Assembly (NCBI RefSeq): GCF_001194135.2
Contig: NC_068982.1
Coordinates: 58,256,672-58,312,185 of the forward strand
Reading direction: 5' to 3'
Source: Octopus bimaculoides
Taxonomy: Eukaryota
Length of the DNA stretch: 55,514 bases
Shown here: positions 1 to 12,229 of the stretch, piece after piece
Layout of the letters: every line of letters starts with the position of its first letter
Numbering within the stretch: position 1 is the stretch's first letter
Program-made: the position numbers and the translations under genes
Notes under the pieces: generated by a model
Database searches by the model: none
What the model was told of the DNA's origin: nothing
The model's input: only the letters and a program-made list of their open reading frames with translations

Positions 1-137
1 ATTATGTTGCCGTGTACTCGAACTCTGCGAGAAGTTAAACATTTTTTTTGACTGAAACACAACTGGAACCCTAAGTAAGGCAATGTGTAAAATTTGAATG
101 AAATTGGTTGCGTAGTTCTCGAGTTTTAGGGATTCAC

Positions 138-188
<51 letters not shown>

Positions 189-217
189 CACATTCTCATT
201 TTTATATATATATAGAT
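1..217 (+). mobile_element. Probable 3' end of a non-autonomous Helitron-like (Lep1/DINE-like) element
   Basis: Segment 'aaatttgaatgaaattggttgcgtagttctcgagttttaggg', then (CAGA)n, then an AT-rich end 'tttttatatatatatagat'. This layout resembles invertebrate non-autonomous Helitron ends. Confidence 0.4.
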
Positions 218-682
218 GAACCCCTAAGTGGTGTTTCTTTTAATTTTCATTTTAATTTGGATTCCTCTAAGTATCACAAAATGAATATGATATTTAGTAG
301 TAAGTTTTACTTCTTCACGCTGCTGAAATATCGAAATTGCTACTTTCTGTTCTACCTATGTAAGTCAAATTTTTTGCCTAAATGATAGAATGGGTAGTTA
401 AAAAAAAAATTCTATTAGACTATTTTAATGAATGATATTTGTAATTTTAAATTCGTTTATACCTAGTATTAAGTGTAATATTCATAATACAATGATATGC
501 TCATTTTAGCAGCATTTTGCCTGTCCTTATATTCTGTGTTCAAATTCCACCAAGATCAATTTTGCCTTTCATCTTTTTGGATAAATACCAGTTGAACACT
601 GGGGGTAGATGTAATTGACTCGTCCCCTCCCCACAAATCACTGCATTTATGGCAAAATTTAAAACCATTATAATTATTGTTT

Positions 683-918
683 AGGCAGTGAGTTGGCAGA
701 ATTGTTAGCATGTCAGACAAAATGCTTGGTGGTATTTTGTCTGTCTTCCCATTCTGAGTTCAAATTCCCCCGATGTTGACTTTACCTGTCATCCTCTCAA
801 GGTTGATTAATTAAGTACCAGCTGAATACTGAGATATATGTAAATGACTATCCTCCTCCCCCAAATTTCAGGCCTTGTGTCTATTGTAGAAAAGATTATT
901 ATTATTATTATTATTATT
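683..918 (+). mobile_element. tRNA-derived SINE, family A (Nin-domain-like core) with (ATT)n tail
   Basis: Head 'ggcagtgagttggcagaattgttagc', B-box-like 'gagttcaaattcc', core 'ttgactttacctgtcatcctctcaaggttgattaattaagtaccag', then (ATT)n. Homologous copies at 515-670, 6092-6312 and 10605-10940. Confidence 0.7.
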
Positions 919-1267
919 TCAGTACTTTTATTCTTATAGTGTGCTTTCACTTCACTACCGAGCGCAGCTCTGTGTGCCTTGGGTATGTGCTGTGGTTTGC
1001 TGTGATGCTCTTATGGTTACTGTATCGAAAGTGTTTTGCGTAGGATGTGTGCAGTACCCAGTAGTGCAATTTTCTGTATGTTATATATATTTGTAAGTCC
1101 TGGCATTTTTGCTATGTATTTGTCTGAATATTTTTTTTATTATACCTAAGGCACCTACTATGATAGGAATTGTTTCTGTTTTTAGATTTCACATTCGAGT
1201 TAACTCTATTTCCAGGTCTTTGTATTTTGAAAGTTTTTCCATTTCTTTTAAGGAAATGTTATTGACG
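919..1267 (-). mobile_element. 5'-truncated R4/Dong-like RLE non-LTR retrotransposon (family 1)
   Basis: Minus strand translates NISLKEMEKLSKYKDLEIELTRM*NLKTETIPIIVGALGI...IQKIALLGTAHILRKTLSIQ*, the C-terminus of a restriction-like endonuclease, with one stop and a frameshift in an A-run. Flanked by (TTA)n on both sides. Confidence 0.85.
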
Positions 1268-1954
1268 TTATTATTATTATTATTATTATTATTGGTTTAT
1301 ATAAGCATGGTATGTTAAACCTTATTGTAATATTATCTCTTATTACAACCTAGATGGAATGTATGAGATATCTATAACTTCTTTACTACTAGACTTGTAT
1401 TAATTATTATTTTCTCTTGCTTACTTTTGTTAACTTGCAAACAGTATCTATCTATATGCTGGCACAGGTCATTTCTTCCATTAGATGATAAATGAGATTT
1501 GTTGTTTGTCTCAATGTGTAAGCTTACACATCTATAAATATATAACTCCTGTTATACCCCACTTGGTACTGTAATCACAACCAATCTTGTACAGCAAAAC
1601 TCTTATCAATGTTCTCCATATCAACCTCATTATCTTTGTACTCCTCCCAAAGTTTATAAAATTGTCTTCATATTACAACTACATCTCTATAACAAATTAG
1701 TTCTAACATTTTTCACAATTCTCACTATCTGAAAAGCTATCTTCAACCAGGCTGTTGGTGTATATATCGTTCATCTTTTACTTGTTTCAGTCATTGGACT
1801 GTGGCCATGCTGGGGCACATATTTCCATCAATGTATTAAGAAGACCCATCCTCCAGAGCACTCTACTCAAGAAAACCTGTCCTCCACAGCACTGTACTCA
1901 AGAAGACCCAACCTCTGCAGCAGAAGTATTAAGTCAACTCCCCACCAGGGAAGA

Positions 1955-2190
1955 GGATTTGCCTGCAAGAGCCCCATGCATCTGCCATGTAAAAAGCACT
2001 CATGCTGACACCATGTAAAAATACTCGTGCTGGTGCCATGTTAAAAGCAGCCAGCACACACTGTAAAGTGGTTGGCATTGGAAAGGGCATCGAGCTGTAA
2101 AAACCAAACCAAATCAGACTGAAACCTGGTGCAGCTCTTCAGCTCTGGTTAAGCTGTCCAACCCATACCAGCATGGAAACTGAATGTTAA
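1955..2190 (+). mobile_element. RTE LINE 3'UTR fragment
   Basis: Matches, in opposite orientation, the 3'UTR of the RTE at 14328-14760 ('ggcattggaaagggcatcgagctgtaaaaacc...ccataccagcatggaaa'). Confidence 0.65.
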
Positions 2191-2194
2191 AGGA

Positions 2195-2265
2195 TGTGAT
2201 TGGATTTGGTTGATGGAAACTGAAAGAAGCCCATTGTGTACGTGTATATATATATGTGTGTGTGA

Positions 2266-2312
<47 letters not shown>

Positions 2313-2550
2313 AGTGTGTGTGTATGTGTATGCATGTATGTCTTTCTGTCTGTTTGTCCCCCACCACTGCTTAACAACCAGTGTTGGTGCATTTATGCCC
2401 CTGTAACTTAGCAGTTCATCAAAAGAGCTGATAGAATAAGTACCAGGATTAAACAATAGAAAATAAGTACTGGGGTCAATTCATTTAACCTGTCAAGGTG
2501 GTGTGCCAGCATGGCCACATTCTACAGACTGAAGCAAGTAAGAGTTAAAA
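2195..2550 (+). mobile_element. tRNA-derived SINE family B (headless), with internal (GT)n
   Basis: Same body as the full copy at 10078-10465 ('ggatttggttgatggaaactgaaagaagccc', microsatellite, 'gtaacttagcagttc...gactgaagcaagtaagag'). Confidence 0.75.
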
Positions 2551-2582
2551 GATATATTTAAATAAGTATACATATTAAGCTT

Positions 2583-2735
2583 ATGATATTCAGCTTTATG
2601 TTAACATCCGCTGGGCAACTAATTTCCACAACTGTCTGCACAGTTTCTCTTCTCTATCCCAAATTGTTATATCAGGTCTGTTGTGCTTACATTTTATTGA
2701 GGTCTTCACCAGGACATTCCACCAGTATTCCTTTT
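2583..2735 (-). mobile_element. Internal fragment of RLE LINE family 2
   Basis: Direct similarity to 5155-5290 (the NRPDI...VEISCP region); abuts a (TATG)n array at about 2737-2910. Confidence 0.75.
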
Positions 2736-3747
2736 TTTATGTATGAATGTATGTATGTATGTATGTATGTAAGTATGTATGTATGTATGTATGCATACAT
2801 GTATGTATGCATACATGTATGTATGTATGTGTATGTAAGTGCGTTTGTATGTATGTATGTGTATGTAAGTGCGTTTGTATGTATGTATGTATGTATGTAT
2901 GTGTGCATGCTTTTATGTATGTATATAACCAGCCTGGTACAAAAAGATTTACTGCTTGTAACCATTAATTTTAATACAATTATTTTAATATATATAAAAA
3001 AAACCTATTAAAATCTTTAGATTTTCATCCATGACAAACCAGTTTACCATCTGTAGTAAAATGGAAACCAGAATGCATGATGGAATCCATGAATTCTTTG
3101 AAAGTGTTTTGTGCTGCTATTTTGTTATTTGAAGACGTTTTAGTGGAACCATTTGAAATATTTGTTAGTTCTGTCACATTCTCAGAATAATAGCTGAATA
3201 ATGTATCAATATGAGTAACTATGAATCAATGAAACATATTTATCAATTTTTTTTAATTGAATCATGAGTGCAATTTTGTTGTTAGTCCTAGTCTCTTGTT
3301 TTGTAAATTATTTGTTATGTACAGAATACAAAAAAAGTCTATTCTTTCGCTATTTTAAATCATAGAATGAAGCATTTTTGCAAAAATGGATTATTAAACG
3401 AAATATTTTTGTGCTAACATTTGTGTTTGCAGTATTCCTTCCACACAAAAAGTAATCTTATCAATTTTGGTGAGTACCAAGCCACATATGTACACATGTA
3501 TATACTGTGGGTTTCCTCAATGTTTTCCGTTAATTGATTCCACTCATGAGTCAAAAGGCAGCCTGAAGCTATAGCAGGAGACAGCCCCAGATGCTATGCA
3601 ATGTGACCAAGTAGATAATATCAAGGTCTGAAACAACTTGGCTGTGAAGTGAACTTCATCACTCCACATCAATGCCTGTGATTGACTGAGTGATGGATGT
3701 ATATATATGTATGTACGTACGTACGTACGTACGTACGTATGTATGTA

Positions 3748-3778
<31 letters not shown>

Positions 3779-3802
3779 ATGTATGTATGTACGTATATAT
3801 GT

Positions 3803-4153
3803 ATGTATCTCATTATTCAATTAATTTGAAGATTTCTTGCTTATAAGGAAAGAGCTGGTTTCTAACCGAGATCTAAGGCTCTTTCATTAGAATTTCAGCA
3901 TCAACAGCATTTTTGTATATATGTATGTATATGAGCAGATTTGTATGTTTTGTTTTATGTATGTATTCTCATGCATAAAGTTGCATGTCTAGACATGTTC
4001 ATATATACTTAAATGATAAACCTCTGGAAAGTTTTAAAGATTTTTACAGTTCCAGTGATAGCTTGGATCTGTAGTCTTCAAACCAGCTTTCTCCTTTTTG
4101 GTTTTGAGGAGCCTAATTTCTTAAGATTGGTACTTAGATGGTGTGTTACATAT
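3803..4153 (-). mobile_element. 5'-truncated RLE LINE family 2 (3' end)
   Basis: Collinear with 4675-5050 ('cattattcaatt...ctggtttctaacc..gatc.aaggctc...ttaaatgataaac..ctggaaagtttt...gtgtgttacatat'); (TATG)n on both flanks. Confidence 0.8.
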
Positions 4154-4189
4154 AGGAATGTATGTATGTATGTGTGTATCTTATATTTT

Positions 4190-4615
4190 ATCTTTTACTT
4201 GTATCAGTCATTGGATTGCAGCCATGTTGGGGCATCACCTAAAAGAATTTTAGTCAGACTTACCAACCCCAGTGCTTATTATATTTTTGTAAAGCCTAGT
4301 ACTTATTCTATTAGCCTCTTTTGCTGAACCACTAAGTTATGGGATAATCTATCAGTTTCTTTTGCTGAACCACCAAGTTATGGGAATATTAAGATGGGAC
4401 AAACACATACACAAATACACACACACACACGTATATAAATATGTATATGTACGACGGACTTCTTTCAGTTTCAGTCTACCAAATCCACTCACAGGGCTTT
4501 GGTCAGCCTGAAGCTATAGTAGAAGACACTTCCTCAAGGTTCCAGTCAGTGGGGCTGAACCCAGAACCATATGGTTGAGAGGCAAACGTCTTATCACGCA
4601 GACACACCTGTGCCT
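4190..4615 (-). mobile_element. SINE family B, near full length
   Basis: Reverse complement of the 10078-10465 body from tail to tRNA-like head, with an internal (CA)n/(TA)n tract. Confidence 0.8.
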
Positions 4616-4674
4616 ATATGTATTTATGTGTATGTGTATGTGTGTATGTATGTATGTATGTATGTATGTATGTA

Positions 4675-5960
4675 TGTCATTATTCAATTTATTTCGAGAT
4701 TTCCAGCCAAAATAGAAAGAACTGGTTTCTAACCTAGATCCAAGGCTCCTTCATTGGAATTTCATTATCAACAACAGGGTATTATTGTTTGTATGTATGT
4801 ATGCGCAGATTTGTATGTTTTATGTATGTATGTATGCGCAGATTTGTATGTTTTATGTATGTATGTATTCTCATGCATATAGTTACATATCTAGACATGC
4901 TCATATACATTTAAATGATAAACTTCTGGAAAGTTTTACAGACTTTTATAGTTCCAATGAGGGATTGGATCTGAAGTCTTTGAATTAGCTTTCTCCTTCC
5001 TGGTTTTGAGAAGCCTAATTTCTCAAGATTGGTATTTAGGTAGTGTGTTACATATCCCAGGGCCCCAATAATTACAGGTATAAACTTGAACTTCTAACCT
5101 AGATAGAGTAACTGCAGATTTCTCAATAGTTCAGCATAAAGTGTTCTCTTTTTCACTGATCTTCAGCTTTATGTTAACGTCTACTGGACAGCTAATTTCC
5201 ACAAATGTACAGTTTCTCTTCTCTATCTCAAATCATTATATCCGGTCTGTTGTGCTTACATTTCATTGAGGTCTTCACTGGGACATTATGAGTGGCTATG
5301 GTTTCTACCATATTATGGGTTCTTATTTCTTTGTCCTTGGGATTGTCCTTCTGATGGATTTCATTATAGAGTGTCCTAGCTATGTCATGTCTCATCGGGA
5401 AATAATATCCTGATGACATTTTCAGACAACTGTTTATGATGTGTGTGATATCTTCAGTGTGAACTCCAGAAAGTCTGCATCGGTTGTCACACTTTCCTGC
5501 ATCGCTATCCCTTTTGTGCTTCAGGTACTTGGTTGATATTTCCTGTTCCTTGATTGCAAACACATACTCTTGAAAGTGGGAGGTAGTAATCCAGCTATTG
5601 GTCCATGATAAACTGCTTTGATGATCGATATTACTATCATCTCAGAGCTTTCTACTAACATATCCTTGCACAGTCTTCTGCTCATACAGGCTCATCCTTT
5701 CATCTGATGATATGCTGCAGTAGAGTTGTGTGACTTCTTTGTATTCTAGGTTTTCAGATAAAGAGTGTTGCTCAAGTCTTATGATGTTACCTGCCTCATG
5801 TATGCAAACTTGGTCAAGGGATGCACTTTGACACTTGGTGATTAAAAGATGTTGCCAGACGGATGTGATGTGATATTCAAAAGCATTTTGGATTGATGGT
5901 AAGCCTCTACCACCTTGTTTTCATTTTAGGTAGAGGCAGTCTACATCTCTCTTTATGTGG
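4675..5960 (-). mobile_element. 5'-truncated R4/Dong-like RLE LINE family 2
   Basis: ORF 5228-5563 gives FAIKEQEISTKYL, a zinc-knuckle CRL(S)GVHTEDITHIINSC, RHD and NRPDI. Downstream minus-strand sequence gives VEISCPVDVNIKLKISEKE...FIPVIIGALGYV. Flanked by (TATG)n at about 4640-4676 and 5975-6030. Confidence 0.9.
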
Positions 5961-6091
5961 AAATTATGTTTACATGTATGTATTTATGTATGTATGTGTG
6001 TGTATGTATGTATGTATGTATGTATGTATGCATGTATCTATCTATCTATATCTATATCTATATATATATAAATCAGCATATATATCATCAA

Positions 6092-6312
6092 TATAGGTGA
6101 ACTGGTAGAAACGTTAACATGCTGGGCAAAATGCTTAGCGATATTTCGTCTGTCTTTACATTCTGAGTTCAAATTCTGCCAAGGTCGACTTTGCCTTTCA
6201 TCCTTTCAGAGTCAATAAATTAAGTGCCAGTTGCATGCTGGGGTCAATATAATCGACTGTCCCCCTTCCCTCAAAATTTTGGGCCTTGTGCCTACAGTAG
6301 AAAAGAATATAT
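6092..6312 (+). mobile_element. SINE family A
   Basis: Same head and core as 683-918 ('ttctgagttcaaattctgccaaggtcgactttgcctttcatcctttc'). Confidence 0.75.
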
Positions 6313-6399
6313 ATATCAACAATATTTACATATATATTTATACATATACAGTGTATATCAATGTATACAAGCACACACACACACACACATGTAGATAGA

Positions 6400-6464
6400 T
6401 AGCTACATATTTGTACCACTCTATCTATCTATCTATATATGTATGTATTCATATATATGGCTCT

Positions 6465-6502
<38 letters not shown>

Positions 6503-6923
6503 ATATATTTATGTGTATATATGCACATACACAGACATACAAATGTGCATACAATCATATGTACATATCTACACACACAAAAAAGATTGATAACCAAAAG
6601 ATTTAACAAGCAAAATACAGGCTAAAGTAAGGGGACGAGTGTCAAGGGAAGATGTCAGGCTTTGTATGTTTCTTTTGTGCCACTGTTTGCAAACCAAATA
6701 TTGTTAAACAACTTATTGCTGAGAGATACATACATACATACACAAACACATACACACACACATTATAGATAGAATTTCACTTCCTTCTGTGTTACCATTA
6801 TAAAGAAAACAATTTGTGTTCTTATTAAGAAACTGTTGACCTTATAAAGAATGAAGTACATATATGACCAGAGTGGGAGTGAAGGAGAGAGAAGGGGAAG
6901 ATAGTTCAAGACAGTGTGTGTGG

Positions 6924-6980
<57 letters not shown>

Positions 6981-7663
6981 TGAGAGAGTGAGAGGTGGGA
7001 GATGTCCTGAATGGACAAAAGGGACAGACATCTTTAAATATGTTTTTCTGCCTCAAAGCAATTTTATACACACAATGTTTTATTGCGTGTGTGTGTGTGT
7101 GTGTGTATGTGTGTGTATATATACATACATATACATATATATGCATGTGTATATATATATGCATGTATATGTATTATATGTGTATATGTATGCCTGTATA
7201 TATATGTAAGTGTATGTACATATATATATATGTATGTGTATCTATATATATATATGTATATATATAATATATATATATATCTATATATATCTATATCTAT
7301 ATATATATCTTTATAAGACATGCATTAAATATTTGTGCATGGATGTCAGCGTGCATGTATATATTCATACAGATAAATACATAATGTAGGCATATACATA
7401 CATGTGTGCATGTGTGTACGATCAACAGGGTTGTGTTTTAATTTAATAGTATGTTTACAAAAAAACTGCCATAAATGATTTTTGGTGTTGCACTGTCACT
7501 GAACAATTTCTAAAAGCTGAGATAAAATTTGACACATTTGGCATCTTTTTTCTTCATAGTTTAATATTTTATTTAACTTTTGACCAATAGTCACACTCAG
7601 TCCTCCAAAGCACTCAGCAAATATAAATGATGTCTAAAAGACAGAAGGTGAGCATGTGTAAAA

Positions 7664-7706
<43 letters not shown>

Positions 7707-7789
7707 TGAGAGAGAAAGTGAGAGAGAGAGTGTGTGTGTGTTCAAGGGATCAAGACAGATAAGAACTACATAGATATGTAGATGGATAA

Positions 7790-7850
<61 letters not shown>

Positions 7851-7984
7851 AAAGAGTGAGAGAGAAAATGAAAGATAAATAGATAGATAGTTTGATAGAT
7901 AGATAGAGAGAGAGAGGGGAGAGAGACAGAGAGAGAAAATGAGAGGTAGACAGATAAAGAGAGAGAGGGAGTAAATGGGAGATG

Positions 7985-8019
<35 letters not shown>

Positions 8020-8192
8020 TGACAGAATGGGAGCTAGAGAGGCAAAGAGGCAAATAGAATGAAGCAGATAGATATGTAGGTTGGTATGTAGGTAGGCAGA
8101 TATAGATTGGTATGTAGGTATATAGAATGGTAAAATAATGTAGGTAGAGAAATAAATAGATAGATTGGTATGTGAATGATAAATAAATAGAC

Positions 8193-8224
<32 letters not shown>

Positions 8225-8450
8225 CAAAACACTTGGATAGATAACTTGATTGAAAAATGGCTACATACATCAAGAGAATCAAAAGAGACAGAGTGATCAG
8301 GGAGACAAAGAGAGAAAAAGAGTGACAGAAACAGAGAGAGAGGGAAAGAGCAAGAAAGAGGTGGGAGAGATATGAGAGGGACAGAGATACAGAGAGAGAC
8401 TGACAAAAAGATAGATGGACAGACCGATGGACAGACATAAAATTATTTGA
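6400..8450. repeat. Compound microsatellite field: (GT)n, (TA)n, (CA)n, (GA)n, (GATA)n
   Basis: Directly visible simple repeats; accounts for the HT/YI/CV/SL-rich ORFs. Confidence 0.95.
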
Positions 8451-8779
8451 GTCAGGGTTAAGAAACAAGGGAGAAATGAAAGAAAATGAAGCAGAGCCAA
8501 TGATGGACTAGTGAATTGTACAACCAGCCTAAGTCAAGTCATTAGTTAAAAGACAGACCAGATGTTCATGTCTGGAATAATTCTTTTGCCTAAAGCTAAA
8601 GTGAAATCTTTTGGAAAGTTTTCTCACTTATATCTCTTGAATTCCAAGGCCAAAGTTCAAGATGACATTTGGGAGTTTCAAAGACTGATGCCATTGACTG
8701 CAAGCCTGTCCTGAGGGTGAAAATAACTTCATTATATCAATTTAGAAAGCGCTTTGGCAGAGAAGACCAAAGAATGAAA

Positions 8780-9800
8780 ACTAAACAAAAGACAAAAAGA
8801 GTAAAAAAAAAAAAAAGAAAAGAAAAGACGAAAGGAAGACGTGAAAACAAATAAATAAAAACCATTGAAATATGATGGAATGACTGTGGACCAAAGTTGC
8901 CAAGTTGCCTTTGAGTGGTTACCTTGGTTCTTGTTTGTGTGAGATTCTTGTCAATGAAATAAGTAGGAAAACATTGTTTGGGAAAAGAAAATGAAAGAAG
9001 GAAGGAAAGAAAACAAAAAAAAAAAAATGAAAGAAATAAAAGAAAGAAAGCAAGAAAAGAAAAGAACGAAAAAATTAAGATAAGAAATAATAAATGGTGA
9101 AAACAACAGGAAGTGTAGGTGATGGTGGTGATAATGATGATGATGATGATGATGATGATGGTAGTAGTGGATGTTGTAGTGGAGAGAGTAATGGTGCTAC
9201 TACAACTACTTCTAGAGATACTAAGGGTGATCATAGTGGTTATGGTGATGGTGGTGGTTGTTCTTGTGAGGTGCACCATTGTTGGAAGTGAATGACAATA
9301 ATAAATGTATGGCAAAGAAGAAGTAGAAAAAGAAGAGTGAAGAGAACAACAGCAATGTAGTAAAGAAGAAGGAGAAGAAAGGAAAAGAAAAAAGTAGGAG
9401 GAGGTAGATGAGGAGAAGAAAGAAGAATAAAAAGAAGAGGAAGGAGCAGGAAGGCAAGAAAGGTTCAGAGGAGGGGAGGAAGAAAAAGAAAGAAGAGGTA
9501 AGAGGTGGAAGAGAAGGAGGAGGAAGAGAAAGAAGAAGAAAGGGGAGTAAGAAGTGGAAGAGAAGGAGGAGGAGGAGAAAAAAGAAGGAAGAAGAAGAAG
9601 AAGAAAGAGGAGTAAGAGGTGGAAGAGAAGGAGGAGGAGGAGGAGGAGAAAAAAGGGGAAGAAGAAGAAGAAGAAGAATAGTAAGGAAATTTCAGAGAAG
9701 GAGACAATCAACAACAACAACAACAATAGTAGTGACATCAGCAAACTGTAACACCAACAGTACCAACCATGGCAACAAGAACAACACTAACTATTACAAC
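8780..9800 (+). repeat. Purine-rich low-complexity tract: (GAA)n/(GAG)n, (GAT)n, (CAA)n
   Basis: Nearly pyrimidine-free plus strand at about 9310-9700. Confidence 0.9.
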
Positions 9801-10077
9801 AACAAAAGCATAAAAGCCAAATAGAAAAACTGTAAACATAGAAAAAGAAATAAGAATTACAGAGTTTGTGAAGAGTAATGATTGAAGGCCAAGTTTTTGA
9901 TTGATTCTAATAATGGTAAACAAAAGATGGGAAATCTCCCATATGTGACAAAGCAATTAACACACAACACAATGTTTTCCTTGTTGAGTGGGATTATACA
10001 CAAGCTTGTGAAAACACAAGGTATTTAATGTAGACTTTATTGAATTAGAGTAAAAAGGAACAAAATTAAGGAACTGT

Positions 10078-10465
10078 GCAGGAGTGGCTGTGTAGTAAGT
10101 AGCTTGCTTACCAACCACATGGTTCTGGGTTCATTCCCACTGCGTGGCACCTTGGACAAGTGACTTCTACTATAGCCTCGGGCCGACCAAAGCCTTGTGA
10201 GTGGATTTGGTAGATGGAAACTGAAAGAAGCCCGTCATATATGTGTATGTATGTGTGTGTGTGTGTTTGTGTGTCGGTGTTTGTCCTCCAAACATCGCTT
10301 GACAACTGATGCTGGTGTGTTTACGTCTCCCGTAACTTGGCGGTTCAGCAATAGAGACAGATAGAATATGTAGTAGGCTTACAAAGAATAAGTCCTGGGG
10401 TCGATTTGCTTGACTAAAGGCGGTGCTCCAGTATGGCCACAGTCAAATGACTGAAACAAGTAAAA
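10078..10465 (+). mobile_element. Full-length tRNA-derived SINE family B
   Basis: A-box-like 'gagtggctgtgtagtaag', B-box-like 'gggttcattcccac', body, internal (GT)n, 3' end 'ggccacagtcaaatgactgaaacaagtaaaa'. More than 10 copies or fragments in the window. Confidence 0.85.
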
Positions 10466-10604
10466 AAAAAAAATTAAGAATGACGACCACAACTGTATCA
10501 GTAGTAGTAGTAGTAGTAGTAGCAGCAGCAGCAGTCACATTAATGATGATGCTGATTGATGGTAATAATTATAAAATGAATGGCATTGTTATAACACTGC
10601 CAAA

Positions 10605-10940
10605 GGTGGTGAGCTGGCAGAATTGTTAGCAAGATGGACCAAATTCTTAGTGGCAGCATTTCATCCATCTTTCTGTTCTGAGTTCAAATTCTGCTGAAGT
10701 TGACTTTGCCTTTCAAAGAGAAGGCAGAGAACTGGCAGAATCGTTAGCACACTGGGTGAAATTCTTAGCACCAATTTCATCAATCTTTTTGTTCTGAGTT
10801 CAAATTCTGCCAGGGTTGGCTTTTCCTTTCATTCTTTCTGGGTCGATAAAATAAGTACCAGTTGAGCACTGGGGATGATGTAAATAACTTACCCCAGCCT
10901 CAAAATTGCTGGGCTTGTACCAAAATTTGAAACCATTATT
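10605..10940 (+). mobile_element. Two adjacent SINE family A copies (first truncated)
   Basis: Two heads, 'ggtgagctggcagaattgttagc' and 'gagaactggcagaatcgttagc', each followed by 'ttctgagttcaaattctgc'. Confidence 0.75.
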
Positions 10941-11286
10941 TGGAACACTGCTAGTTAGGTTTGCACGTATGTAACTGCATGTGAAAGTGGAGCTCAGAAT
11001 TACAGGTTTTTGTTGAGTGTGGAACCATCTCTTAGCCACAACATCAGCAATTAATAAAAAAATCACTTGATGAAATAAATAAAAGAATATGCGGCCTTTT
11101 TACGATAGACATATTTTGACTAAGACCTAACTTTTAATGAACACTCCTCATAAAACAAGAGTAGAAAGAAGTATATGATATGGTCCAACAGACCAAATTG
11201 TACAGGCATAGAGACCAACATAGATAAAACCTTCCTGCCATTAACAGATAAGTATTTTTCAGTCACATATATATTACAGACTATTT

Positions 11287-11491
11287 CTAATCCTTTAGCA
11301 TTTAAACTGACCAGACCTAGCCCAAATACTCTTCCTATTTTATATCCAAACTAACTACATCCTGCCTCTCAGATCTAGACTACAATCACATTATTGAATT
11401 CACAAAGCTGAGACAATGCAAGAGTAATTCAGAATAAGGTGAATAAATAAACATTACATTTGACAGAGAAATCTGAATGCTAAAAGGTTAA
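11287..11491. mobile_element. Intact TTAA-type (piggyBac-like) MITE, about 200 bp
   Basis: Ends '(c)taa|tcctttagcatt' and 'aatgctaaaagg|ttaa' are inverted. Serves as the in-window reference for the split copy at 21033-22579. Confidence 0.7.
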
Positions 11492-12229
11492 CTGAAACAT
11501 CCAATAATGGTGACCAAAATCAACTCTTGATGCCTATTGAATTCTAAGTAGGGTAAAATGATTTTACAAAAAAATGAAAGTTCAAGAATAAAAGAAGTGG
11601 CACTGGTCCAGCAGCCAATGATACAGCTACTGAACTCCAGCTCCAGTGACTTAGGTGAAGATTTGGGCTTCAAAGTATCCAACAAACATAGTTAGGGCTC
11701 ATTATGGTTTTCAGATACTCCTGCACTGAATTTCTTAGTTTGCTTCTTAGTAAGAATCAATTTTTGAAAGCCAGTGCAGGGCATTTTGTTAATTTTTAAG
11801 ACAAAAATATTTTGGGCAAACAAACCTTTGTCAAGAAGAAACAAAGTTGAACAAATTTGAAGGAAAATCGTTAATATTCCACATAAAAGCTTCCTTCTAT
11901 GGTAAGACTGACAACTATCGATCACTGTCAGGTTTTGTCCCTCCAGGCAGTTACATTTCAATGAAATAAAACACCTATAATGCTACACACAATGGATTCT
12001 GATATCAGCAGTAACAGATAGTTAATTTATTGAAACAACAATCTTGTTCATGTTCTCATCAGGTAATTTCAGTTTTTTTGTCAGAGGGGGAAACGTTTGT
12101 GGAATTAACATACTCATCACTTGTAGAAGGAATATATTAGAATTGATAGAGTATTGAACACAATGATTTGTAGCATTTAGTTATGGTTCATTACTTTATA
12201 AGTGCAGATCATGTAGAGGTCAGCTTAGT

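Noticed and set aside
6763-8500. Many HT/YI/CV/SL ORFs, here and throughout the window
   Set aside because: They are di- and tetranucleotide microsatellite translations.
8737-9824. 335-aa L/F/S-rich ORF and opposing K/R/E-rich ORFs
   Set aside because: They are translations of GAA/GAG/GAT simple repeats with no domain-like content.
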